Of a stretch of DNA of 32,000 bases, positions 12,036 through 21,178 are shown in pieces (positions within the stretch are counted from its first letter, which is position 1; every line of letters starts with the position of its first letter). The DNA is from Deinococcus radiodurans R1 = ATCC 13939 = DSM 20539 (GTDB lineage: Bacteria > Deinococcota > Deinococci > Deinococcales > Deinococcaceae), in assembly GCF_000008565.1 (NCBI RefSeq), contig NC_001263.1:825776-857775 (forward strand). The letters run 5' to 3'. A program made the position numbers and the translations under genes. The notes under the pieces were generated by a model. The model saw only the letters and a list, made by a program, of their open reading frames with translations, ran no database searches and was not told the origin of the DNA.

Positions 12036-12066
12036 ACGCCTCACCCGCACGGTGGGGCGTTTTTTG
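12036..12066 (+). terminator. rho-independent terminator after rpmE
   Basis: ACGCCTCACC-CGCAC-GGTGGGGCGT stem (10 bp, one G-U pair) followed by TTTTTTG. Confidence 0.8.
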
Positions 12067-12084
12067 TTGGGAGCTGCGGAGTTT

Positions 12085-12122
12085 GCAAAGAGGGGAGGCG
12101 AGCCATCTTGGGCCGCCTCCCC
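12085..12122 (-). terminator. hairpin downstream of the DHH phosphoesterase gene (candidate terminator)
   Basis: GGGGAGGCG (12092-12100) pairs with CGCCTCCCC (12114-12122). On the minus strand it is followed by TCTTTGCAAA, a weak U-run. Confidence 0.4.
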
Positions 12123-12138
12123 CTCATAGCTTCGTTGT

Positions 12139-13155
<1,017 letters not shown>

Positions 13156-13163
13156 CACTCCCG

Positions 13164-13169
13164 AGTATA
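13164..13169 (-). promoter_or_regulatory. -10 box TATACT, 8 nt before ATG 13155 (leaderless-type)
   Basis: The reverse complement reads TATACT CGGGAGTG ATG. Confidence 0.4.
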
Positions 13170-13237
13170 GGTCGGGCGGCTCTTTACGGTCTGCACAGCC
13201 GTTGGGGGGATTAAGGGCAAAGCGTCACAATGGCGCC

Positions 13238-13873
13238 ATGACTGTTTCCCAAGTTTCCACCGGAACCGGCCTCGGCACGCGGCACGTCGCCTTCGACTGG
13301 GGCGGCGTTTTTACGGTGGGCACCTTCGATGGCCGCAGCACCCAGAACGTGGCCGAGCGCAGCGGCGTGCCCGTTGAAAAAGTGCGCGAGAGCTACTTTC
13401 GGCACATCCGGCAGCTCGAAGTCGGGGCGTGGACTCTGCCGCAGTTCTGGGAGACGGTGCAGCAGGAAACCGGCATGACGCTGCCCTACGCCGACTTCGA
13501 GGCGCTGTACCTCGGCAGCATCCACGACAACGCGCCGATGTACACCACCCTCGCCGCCCTTCCCCGCAGCGTGCGGGTGGGCCTGCTGAGCAACAATTAC
13601 CCCGTCGTCAGCGAACACTTGGGCCGTGACCCGCGTTTTGCCCGCTTCGATGCGCTGGTGTTCTCCAACGAAATCGGCCACAAGAAGCCCGCGCCCGAAG
13701 CTTTTGCCGCGCTCGAACAGAAGATGGGACTGCCCGCCGCGCAGGTCGCCTTCGTGGACGACGTGCAGGAGAACATCGACGCGGCGGGTGCCTTCGGCTT
13801 TCATGGCATTCTCTATCACCACGACGCGCACGAGCGGTTCGAGCAGGAGTTGAAGGAGTGGCTCCGGGGCTGA
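13238..13873 (+). CDS. HAD-superfamily hydrolase (subfamily IA-like)
   Basis: Start at ATG 13238 inside track ORF 13133..13873. It has motif I AFDWGGV, then LLSNN, KKPAPEAF and FVDD. Confidence 0.8.
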   Translation: MTVSQVSTGTGLGTRHVAFDWGGVFTVGTFDGRSTQNVAERSGVPVEKVRESYFRHIRQLEVGAWTLPQFWETVQQETGMTLPYADFEALYLGSIHDNAPMYTTLAALPRSVRVGLLSNNYPVVSEHLGRDPRFARFDALVFSNEIGHKKPAPEAFAALEQKMGLPAAQVAFVDDVQENIDAAGAFGFHGILYHHDAHERFEQELKEWLRG

Positions 13874-14300
13874 GCGCGGCGGCAGGTTTCGAGGGGCCGC
13901 AACTCGCGGTGGCCCTTGCGCGCCACTTGCACGGAAAAAAGCTTCATTGTGCCCGGCTGGTGAATGTCTGCGACCCATTCCAGCCTGCGCCCGAATGACT
14001 GTGCGGTGGCAATGACTCTTCGGTGCCTGGGGCGACGTTGGAATAGTGGAGGAGGGGCGGCTGACTCACCGGACTCAGGTGGTGTTGTCATACGGTTTCA
14101 AATTGAGTCCCGGGCATGTCCGGGCGCAATTTTGCGCGGAGCGCATGAAAAAATACGGTTTTAAGGAGATGGACGGGCATCCGGTGCCTTTCCGGATGTT
14201 CGGGAATTGGATTAAAACCGTCTGAGGGTGCCAGACAGTCCCAGAACCTCCTCTCTGAAGCTCTGTCGAAGCCGCTGACTCCCCACAGCCCGGACTCCTA

Positions 14301-14350
14301 GGTGGTGTACTTCTCCGGGTGGTGTACTTCGCAGCGTCAGTCGTACACCA
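14301..14350. promoter_or_regulatory. three copies of TGGTGTAC (two direct, one inverted) upstream of aceA; candidate regulator binding sites
   Basis: GGTGGTGTACTTC occurs at 14301-14313 and again at 14318-14330. The inverted GTACACCA is at 14343-14350. These lie 120-170 nt before ATG 14472. Confidence 0.4.
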
Positions 14351-14471
14351 GGCCTAGCGGGCCCCCGTGCCAGGCAAACTGTCCTCACTGAACGAAGGGC
14401 GCTGGCCACAGCGAAAGACACCTCCCCACGGTGGGCGAGGCGGCCCTGACTCTCACTCAAGGAGCGACACC

Positions 14472-15761
14472 ATGACCCCCACCCCCAAAACCCCCGCCGA
14501 AATCCTGGAAAAGACCTGGCAGACCGAAGAGCGCTGGCAGGGCATCAAGCGCAACTACACCGCCGAGGACGTCGTCCGCCTGCGCGGCAGCCTGCCCATC
14601 GAGTACACCCTCGCCAAGCACGGCGCCAACAAACTGTGGCAACAGATGAAGGAAATGCCCTTCGTCAACGCGCTCGGCGCCCTGACCGGAAACCAGGCGA
14701 TGCAGCAGGTCAAGGCCGGCCTCAAGGCCATCTACCTGTCGGGCTGGCAGGTCGCCGGTGACGCCAACAACGCGGGCCAGATGTACCCCGACCAGAGCCT
14801 CTACCCCGCCAGCAGCGTGCCGGACGTCGTCAAGCGCATCAACAACACCCTGCGCCGCGCCGACCAGATTCAGACCAGCGAGGGCAAGAACGACATCGAC
14901 TACTTCGTGCCGATTGTCGCCGACGCCGAAGCGGGTTTCGGTGGCCCCCTCAACGCCTTTGAACTCATGAAGGCCATGATCGAAGCGGGCGCCGCCGGCG
15001 TGCACTTCGAAGACCAGCTCGCCAGCGAGAAGAAGTGTGGTCACCTCGGCGGCAAGGTGCTCGTGCCCACCAGCCAGTTCATCCGCACCCTGAACGCGGC
15101 CCGTCTCGCCGCCGACGTGAGCGGCGTGCCCACCGTCCTGATTGCCCGCACCGACGCCGACGCCGCCAACCTGCTGACCAGCGACGTCGACGACAACGAC
15201 AAGCCGTTCTGCACCGGTGAGCGCACCCCCGAAGGCTTCTTCTACGTCAAGCCCGGCATCGACCAGGCCATCAGCCGCGCCCTGGCCTACGCTCCTTACG
15301 CCGACGTGATCTGGTGCGAAACCAGCGTCCCCAACCTGGAAGACGCCAAGAAGTTCGCCGACGCCGTGCACGCCCAGTTCCCCGGCAAGCTGCTCGCCTA
15401 CAACTGCTCGCCCTCCTTCAACTGGAAGAAGAACCTGGACGACGAAACCATCGCCAAGTTCCAGGTCGAACTCGGCAAGATGGGCTACAAGTTCCAGTTC
15501 ATCACCCTGGCCGGCTTCCACGCGCTGAACATGAGCATGTTCGACCTCGCCTACGGCTACGCCCGTAAGCAGATGAGCGCCTTCGTGGAACTTCAGGAGC
15601 GTGAATTCGCGGCCCAGGAACGCGGCTTCACCGCCGTGCGCCACCAGCGCGAAGTCGGCACCGGCTACTTCGACCTCGTCTCGCAGGCGGCGGGCGGCGG
15701 CCAGAGCAGCACCACCGCGCTCGCCGGCAGCACCGAAGCCGAGCAGTTCGCGCACCACTGA
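14472..15761 (+). CDS. aceA: isocitrate lyase
   Basis: Start at ATG 14472 (AAGGAG 14459-14464) inside track ORF 14367..15761. It has the ICL signature KKCGHLGGK and a 429-aa product. Confidence 0.95.
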   Translation: MTPTPKTPAEILEKTWQTEERWQGIKRNYTAEDVVRLRGSLPIEYTLAKHGANKLWQQMKEMPFVNALGALTGNQAMQQVKAGLKAIYLSGWQVAGDANNAGQMYPDQSLYPASSVPDVVKRINNTLRRADQIQTSEGKNDIDYFVPIVADAEAGFGGPLNAFELMKAMIEAGAAGVHFEDQLASEKKCGHLGGKVLVPTSQFIRTLNAARLAADVSGVPTVLIARTDADAANLLTSDVDDNDKPFCTGERTPEGFFYVKPGIDQAISRALAYAPYADVIWCETSVPNLEDAKKFADAVHAQFPGKLLAYNCSPSFNWKKNLDDETIAKFQVELGKMGYKFQFITLAGFHALNMSMFDLAYGYARKQMSAFVELQEREFAAQERGFTAVRHQREVGTGYFDLVSQAAGGGQSSTTALAGSTEAEQFAHH

Positions 15762-15791
15762 GCTGACCTCAGAAGCTTAACCATGCAAAGG

Positions 15792-15817
15792 AGCCTCCCG
15801 TTCGGGGGGCTTTTTTT
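15792..15817 (+). terminator. rho-independent terminator after aceA
   Basis: AGCCTCCC-GTTC-GGGGGGCT stem followed by TTTTTTT. Confidence 0.8.
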
Positions 15818-15883
15818 CGTGCTGGACACCGGATACCCCTTTCGGATGACGCCGCGCTGCCAGGCCCCCGCTCTCCTGCCGCC

Positions 15884-16780
15884 ATGCCCAGACTCGCTAT
15901 ATCCAGACTCTGGCCGATGTTGACCGCCGTAGCGCTGCTGTCGCCGCTGGCCACCGCGCAGCAGGGACAGACGCTGAGGGCGGGCGAGCTGACCGTGACC
16001 CTGACGCCCACCCAGCCGGACAGCAACGGCTGGTACAGGGCGGGCAGACTGGAGCTTCAGGGGACGGACGAGGGGATTCGGGGGGTGGAAACTTCCCGGC
16101 TGCGCGGCGCGGTGCTGGGCGAACTCAGCCCGGATGGTCGCTGGCTGAGCGTGCTGGGGACGGGCGGCGGGTATGTCCAACTGTGGAACGTCGCCACTGC
16201 CGAGCGCCAGTTCACTTTCCTGGCGCACGATAAAAAGTCCTATGATGCCCGCCTCGCGGCCTTCTCGCCCGATTCGCGGCGGCTGGTCTTTTATTCCTAC
16301 CCGAACGAACTGAGCCTCTGGGACACGGCGACAGGCGTGCGCGTCAAGCTCCTCAGCGACGTGCGAAAGGGAGGCTGGTGGACCGCCGATGCCGACGCCG
16401 TGTTCAGCCCGGACGGGAAAACCTTCGTGGTCACGGGCGGCGGGGGCGGGGCGCAACTGTTCGACACCCGCACGGGCGACCTGCTCCAGACCTTCGACCG
16501 GCCCTGTCAGTCTTTCGGCCCCGGTTCTCCCGGCGGCTTCTGGCGTGGGGCGGTGGGTGCTACCTTCAGCGCCGACGGCAAAAACGTGGCGGTGCTTTAT
16601 GCGGGCGGCGCGGCGCGGCTGTACGGCGTAGCCGGGGCGGGGGCGCTGGCAAAAGCGAGCTGGAAACTGGACAACTTCAAACCCTCGCAAATGCGTTTCT
16701 GGGCTGGAAAACTGACCCTGAACGGGCGGGAACTGAGCGGCAAGACTCCGAATGGCCTGAGCTTCACGCTGACCTTCTGA
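15884..16780 (+). CDS. secreted beta-propeller repeat protein (WD40-like / PD40-type repeats)
   Basis: 298-aa ORF with a signal peptide (..LLSPLATAQQ) and repeated SPDGR/SPDGK/SADGK blades. Confidence 0.75.
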   Translation: MPRLAISRLWPMLTAVALLSPLATAQQGQTLRAGELTVTLTPTQPDSNGWYRAGRLELQGTDEGIRGVETSRLRGAVLGELSPDGRWLSVLGTGGGYVQLWNVATAERQFTFLAHDKKSYDARLAAFSPDSRRLVFYSYPNELSLWDTATGVRVKLLSDVRKGGWWTADADAVFSPDGKTFVVTGGGGGAQLFDTRTGDLLQTFDRPCQSFGPGSPGGFWRGAVGATFSADGKNVAVLYAGGAARLYGVAGAGALAKASWKLDNFKPSQMRFWAGKLTLNGRELSGKTPNGLSFTLTF

Positions 16781-16790
16781 GCCTCCGGCC

Positions 16791-17633
16791 TCACCCCGGC
16801 AAGTTCTCGCCGCAGCGCTTGCAAAACCGCGCGTCGGCGTCGTGCCGGCTCAGGCCGCACTGCGGGCAGGTACGGCCCCGCCGGGCCTCCTGCGCCTGCT
16901 GCAACCCCACCGTGACGATGCCGGTCGGCACGGCGATAATCGCGTAGCCCGAGAGCATGGCGAGCGTGGCGATGAACTTGCCCAGGCCGGTTTTCGGTGA
17001 AATGTCGCCGTAGCCGACGGTGGTCACGGTCACGACCGCCCAGTAGATGCTGGTGGGAATCGAGGTGAAGCCGCTTTCCGGGCCTTCGACCATGTACAGC
17101 AGCGTGCCGAACACGATAACCATCGACAGCACCGAGATGAAAAACACGATGATTTTCTCGCGGCTGGCCTGAAGTGCTTCGCCGATGAGGGCCGCCTGGT
17201 CCGAGTAGCGGGCGAGTTTGAACACCCGGAAGACCCGCAGCAGCCGCAGCGCCCGCACCACCAGCAGGTACTGGGTGCCGGGAAACAACAGGCTGAGGTA
17301 AGACGGCAAGATGGTCAGCAGGTCCACCAGGCCGTAGAAACTCAGGGCGTAGCGCAGGGGCCGCCGCGCCCCGAGCAGCCGCAGCAGGTAGTCGGCGGTG
17401 AACATCACCGTGAAGACCCACTCGGTCTGCCGCAGCCGCGCCCGGACCGCGTGCGAAAGCTCGGGCACGCTTTCGAGCGTCACTGCGAGCACCGACGCCA
17501 CGATCAGGACGATCACGATCTTGTCGTAGGCGCGGGCGGCGGGGGTGCTCAGGCCGAAAATCAGGTTGCCCAGCCAGCGGCGCCACGGCGGGCGGTGGTC
17601 GGGGTGCGGGGGGTCCGGCGGCGGCGAGATCAC
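16791..17633 (-). CDS. voltage-gated-type potassium channel with a C-terminal zinc ribbon
   Basis: It has an S4-like helix RALRLLRVFRVFKLAR, the selectivity filter TTVGYGD, and a C-terminal CPQC...CKRC. The start is GTG 17633. Confidence 0.88.
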   Translation of the reverse strand: MISPPPDPPHPDHRPPWRRWLGNLIFGLSTPAARAYDKIVIVLIVASVLAVTLESVPELSHAVRARLRQTEWVFTVMFTADYLLRLLGARRPLRYALSFYGLVDLLTILPSYLSLLFPGTQYLLVVRALRLLRVFRVFKLARYSDQAALIGEALQASREKIIVFFISVLSMVIVFGTLLYMVEGPESGFTSIPTSIYWAVVTVTTVGYGDISPKTGLGKFIATLAMLSGYAIIAVPTGIVTVGLQQAQEARRGRTCPQCGLSRHDADARFCKRCGENLPG

Positions 17634-17640
17634 GGCGGCG

Positions 17641-17646
17641 AAGATA
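17641..17646 (-). promoter_or_regulatory. -10 box TATCTT, 7 nt before GTG 17633
   Basis: The reverse complement reads TATCTT CGCCGCC GTG. Confidence 0.3.
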
Positions 17647-17692
17647 GCGTCTGGCCTCGCCGCCTTCTGTCGTGCTGTCGGTCAACTGGCCT

Positions 17693-18127
17693 TTATTCCG
17701 GCAGTTCGCCGATGTTCCAGCCGTCAATCGCGCTGAACCGCAGCGAGAGCGCGGGCAGGTTGATGACCCGGTGGCCCTGGTAGGAGCGCACGTCAATCAG
17801 GTAGAGGTGCTCGAAGTACACCGGCTCGTCCGCCGTGAGCTGCTCGGGACTGAAGACCGTCCGGGCGGGGTACATGTCGAGCAGGCCTTCCAGAATCTCG
17901 GGGTCGCTGTCCGGCGCCGCCTTGAGCAGCCCGCGCATCCGGGCGTTGTAGCCGTCGGGCCCGGCGATGCGGCCCGAGAACATGCTGCCGCCCGAAATCA
18001 CGATGACCGGCGGAAACGACACTTCGGGAAAGTCGCGGCTCTCCTCCCAGGCGGGGTCCTGGGTCACGTTGCGGGCGGCCTGGTGGGCCATCTTGGCCTG
18101 GTACATCCTCAGGTAGTCGAGTGACAT
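17693..18127 (-). CDS. hypothetical protein (144 aa)
   Basis: The whole ORF shows a strong G/C third-position bias. I recognise no family. Confidence 0.75.
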   Translation of the reverse strand: MSLDYLRMYQAKMAHQAARNVTQDPAWEESRDFPEVSFPPVIVISGGSMFSGRIAGPDGYNARMRGLLKAAPDSDPEILEGLLDMYPARTVFSPEQLTADEPVYFEHLYLIDVRSYQGHRVINLPALSLRFSAIDGWNIGELPE

Positions 18128-18134
18128 GCCTCTC

Positions 18135-18140
18135 AGAGTA
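18135..18140 (-). promoter_or_regulatory. -10 box TACTCT, 7 nt before ATG 18127 (leaderless-type)
   Basis: The reverse complement reads TACTCT GAGAGGC ATG. Confidence 0.4.
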
Positions 18141-18156
18141 ATCGGCGCGGGGCGGG

Positions 18157-18261
18157 CTCAAGCATTGGCTATCGAGACGGGGTGAGGTTGTCGTCTTGCT
18201 GGCGGAATGGAGCGGGTGGGTTTTGACGAACAGGACCATGTTATTCAGGGAACTGCTCTAG
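18157..18261. repeat. degenerate copy C of the MITE-like repeat
   Basis: The right end TTATTCAGGGAACTGCTCTAG matches the copy B end TAATTCGCAGAACTGCTCTAA at 16 of 20 positions. An internal AGCGGGTGG is shared. The left end CTCAAGCATTGGC resembles CTAGAGCATTTGAC only weakly. Confidence 0.4.
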
Positions 18262-18264
18262 GCT
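18259..18264 (+). promoter_or_regulatory. -10 box TAGGCT, 6 nt before ATG 18271, built partly from the repeat terminus
   Basis: Sequence reads ctgctcTAGGCTcgggacATG. Confidence 0.4.
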
Positions 18265-18270
18265 CGGGAC

Positions 18271-19143
18271 ATGACTGCCGAACCTGCCGCCACGTCTGCC
18301 CCGCTCTCTGGCCCCGTCGCCGTTATCGGCTGTGGCTGGGTGGGCTGGCCGCTCGCCCGCGCCCTGCTCGTCGCTGGAGCGGAGGTGCGCGGCAGCGCGA
18401 CCACGCCAGAAAAAGTCGCGGCGCTGCGGGCGGAAGGCGTCGCGGCCACCCGGCTCAGGCTCACGCCGGACACGTCGCCCGAGAGTGACGAGCTGACCGA
18501 GCTGCTGCGCGGCGCTCACCGTCTGGTGCTGACGGTGCCCCCAGGCCGGGGACCGGAACGCGAGCGCTACGCCGAGTATCTGTCGCCCGTGGCCCAGGCC
18601 GCCGCGCTGCATGGGGTGAGGCAGCTCATTTTCACTAGTTCTACCGGCGTCTACCCCAACGACCCCCATGTGATGACCGAAAGCGACGCGCTGGCGACCC
18701 CCGATTCGCCTTCGCCGCTGCTGCGGGCTGAGGCGGCGCTCGCCGCTGCTGGCGTGCCCCTCACCGTGCTGCGCTTTGCCGGGCTGTACGGGCCGGGCCG
18801 CCCGCCGGGGCGGTTTCTGGCCGGGCGGACGGAAGTGGGAGAGGGGAGCGCCCCAGTCAACCTCGTGCATCTCGACGACTGTGTGGGTGCGGTGCAGCAT
18901 ATGCTCGGCGGCGATTTCGGCGGGCAGACCTTCAACGTCTGCGCGGCGGCGCACCCGCTCAGGCGCGACTTCTACCCGGCAGCGGCGCGGGCGCTGGGAC
19001 TGGAAGCGCCCTCTTTTGCGCCGCATGAGGGCGGGGGCAAAATCATCGGCAGCGAGGCGTTCCGGGCCGCGACCGGCTACCACTTCCGGCACGACGACCC
19101 GCTGAGCGACCTGCATACGCTGGGCAACGGGCAAGGCGCCTGA
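18271..19143 (+). CDS. NAD(P)-binding Rossmann-fold protein (atypical SDR / epimerase-dehydratase-like)
   Basis: 290-aa ORF with an N-terminal VAVIGCGWVGWPLA dinucleotide-binding motif. Confidence 0.8.
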   Translation: MTAEPAATSAPLSGPVAVIGCGWVGWPLARALLVAGAEVRGSATTPEKVAALRAEGVAATRLRLTPDTSPESDELTELLRGAHRLVLTVPPGRGPERERYAEYLSPVAQAAALHGVRQLIFTSSTGVYPNDPHVMTESDALATPDSPSPLLRAEAALAAAGVPLTVLRFAGLYGPGRPPGRFLAGRTEVGEGSAPVNLVHLDDCVGAVQHMLGGDFGGQTFNVCAAAHPLRRDFYPAAARALGLEAPSFAPHEGGGKIIGSEAFRAATGYHFRHDDPLSDLHTLGNGQGA

Positions 19144-19144
19144 G

Positions 19145-19321
19145 ATGGTCCTTGGCCTGCTCATCCTGCTGCTGCTGAGCCTCAACCTCGGCGGCATCTT
19201 CAGCGCGGCGATGCAGTTCGGGCGCCAGGATTTTCTCGCAGGACTCGGCACCCTGCTGATGGTGGGACTGCTCGACGCGGTGGGCTTCTGGCTGTTGCAG
19301 GGGCTGCGCGGGCGGCGCTGA
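19145..19321 (+). CDS. small hydrophobic protein (58 aa, two predicted TM helices)
   Basis: Own translation: [58 protein letters not shown]. The ATG follows the upstream stop after 1 nt. Codons are almost all G/C-ending. It is below the track size cutoff. Confidence 0.5.
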   Translation: MVLGLLILLLLSLNLGGIFSAAMQFGRQDFLAGLGTLLMVGLLDAVGFWLLQGLRGRR

Positions 19322-19376
19322 GGACCATTCAGGGCAGAGGTGGCAGAACGCCACAGACGCCCGGCCCCGCACTCTC

Positions 19377-19382
19377 TACCCT
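19377..19382 (+). promoter_or_regulatory. -10 box TACCCT, 7 nt before ATG 19390 (leaderless-type)
   Basis: Sequence reads tcTACCCTgcccggcATG. Confidence 0.4.
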
Positions 19383-19389
19383 GCCCGGC

Positions 19390-20295
19390 ATGGCCCACCC
19401 TTTTCGCGCCTACTCGCCCGCCGACTTTCACTTTCCGCTGCCCGAGGGCCACCGCTTTCCCTATTACAAGTACGAGGGGGTGAGGGCGCGGCTGACCGGA
19501 CTGCTGCCGATTCTGCCCACCCCGCAACTGCGCTGGGCCGACGCAGGGCGAGCGCACGACCCGCTGTGGCTGCGGCGCTGGCGCAGGGGCGAGGTGGACC
19601 GGCGCGAGCAGCGCGAGTTCGGCCTGCCCTGGTCGCCGGAAGTGGTCACGCGGGCGCTGCGGGCGGCGGGCGGCAGTCTGGCCGCGCTCCACGACGCACA
19701 GAGCACGGGCTGGGGCGCCAACCTGGCCGGCGGCACCCATCATGCCTTTCATGACCGGGCCGAGGGCTTTTGCCTCGTCAACGACGCGGCGATTCTGACC
19801 CGCATCGCGCTCGACCGGGGGCTGGCGCGGCGGGTGGCGACCCTCGACCTCGACGTGCACCAGGGCAACGGCACCGCGAGCCTCCTCACGCCGGAAATGG
19901 CGGCGGGCACGGCGTTTACCCTCAGCATCCACGGCGAGCGCAACTATCCTTTTCGCAAGGAACGTAGTTCGCTCGACCTCGGTCTGGGCGACGGGGTGAC
20001 GGACGCCGAGTATCTGGCGGTGCTGACGGGGCAGGCGCTGCCCGCGCTCGACGCTTACCGGCCCGACCTGCTGCTTTACCTCGCCGGGGCCGACGTGCTC
20101 GCCGGGGACCGCTTCGGGCGCTTTGCCCTGACGCTGAGCGGCGTGAGCGCACGCAACCGGGCGGTGTTTCGCTGGGCGCAGGCCGCCGGGGTGCCCATCG
20201 TGACCATGATGGCGGGGGGGTACAACAGCGACCACGCGCTGACCGTCGAGGCGCACGCGAGCGTGGTGCTCGACGGTTTAGACGTCCTGGGCTGA
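19390..20295 (+). CDS. histone deacetylase-family (arginase-deacetylase fold) protein
   Basis: 301-aa ORF with the motifs [16 protein letters not shown] and MAGGY. Confidence 0.88.
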   Translation: MAHPFRAYSPADFHFPLPEGHRFPYYKYEGVRARLTGLLPILPTPQLRWADAGRAHDPLWLRRWRRGEVDRREQREFGLPWSPEVVTRALRAAGGSLAALHDAQSTGWGANLAGGTHHAFHDRAEGFCLVNDAAILTRIALDRGLARRVATLDLDVHQGNGTASLLTPEMAAGTAFTLSIHGERNYPFRKERSSLDLGLGDGVTDAEYLAVLTGQALPALDAYRPDLLLYLAGADVLAGDRFGRFALTLSGVSARNRAVFRWAQAAGVPIVTMMAGGYNSDHALTVEAHASVVLDGLDVLG

Positions 20296-20468
20296 CCCGT
20301 AACCGCTGGGGCTGACAAAGATGTGACCCGCCGCTCAACTCGATTGACTGTGGGTGAAGGCGGCGCCTCATGCCCGTGCCAGTTCTGACAGGGACAATGT
20401 AAAAAGTAAAGCGGTCTGCCACGCTCTGTGCCGGTGCCTGCTCCGATTCTTTCTTCTGGAGGCTTCCT

Positions 20469-21110
<642 letters not shown>

Positions 21111-21126
21111 GAGAAGCGGGGAAGAC

Positions 21127-21161
21127 AGGCGCCAGGGCGAAAGCTGCGGCGCCTTTTTCTT
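21127..21161 (+). terminator. rho-independent terminator after the Crp/Fnr gene
   Basis: AGGCGCC (21127-21133) pairs with GGCGCCT (21148-21154), followed by TTTTTCTT. Confidence 0.6.
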
Positions 21162-21170
21162 GTCATTCCC

Positions 21171-21178
21171 TCCACTTG
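21171..21178. repeat. target-site duplication TCCACTTG, left copy
   Basis: An identical 8-mer directly abuts both ends of the IS (see 22356-22363). Confidence 0.85.

Noticed and set aside
13816-14091. 91-aa minus-strand ORF overlapping the end of the HAD gene and the aceA upstream region. The same reasoning applies to 14212..14460 (-, 82 aa).
   Set aside because: Both have poor codon bias at the 5' end and no recognisable motifs, and one overlaps a well-supported gene. They may be remnants at most.
14145-14225. 26-codon ORF (MKKYGFKEMDGHPVPFRMFGNWIKTV) in the aceA upstream region.
   Set aside because: Its A/T-rich codon usage is unlike genes here and its Shine-Dalgarno spacing is poor. It overlaps hairpin elements, so it is more likely part of a regulatory or RNA region.
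18233-18255. Possible radiation/desiccation response motif (RDRM) because of ATGTTATT near 18239. I also scanned other intergenic regions for TTATGT...ACATAA-type palindromes.
   Set aside because: No palindromic partner half-site is present, and the sequence belongs to the degenerate repeat copy. I found no convincing RDRM in the window.
18241-20256. Very long ORFs on the strand opposite to, or out of frame with, well-supported genes. Examples: 18241..20256 (-, 671 aa), 24097..25989 (-, 630 aa), 8860..10443 (-, 527 aa), 30272..31861 (-, 529 aa), 26710..28299 (+, 529 aa). Others: 14457..15758 (-), 16597..17796 (-), 20076..21353 (-), 1066..2139 (+), 4593..5552 (+), 7608..8426 (-), 7613..8485 (+).
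   Set aside because: Their products are Arg/Ala/Gly/Pro-rich and low in complexity. They overlap genes with clear family motifs and have the wrong third-position G/C periodicity. They are typical shadow ORFs caused by stop-codon depletion in high-GC DNA.
20322-20337. CRP-like site TGTGA-N6-GCTCA upstream of the Crp/Fnr-family gene.
   Set aside because: Only one half-site matches TGTGA-N6-TCACA; the second half matches at 3 of 5 positions. This is not enough to call.
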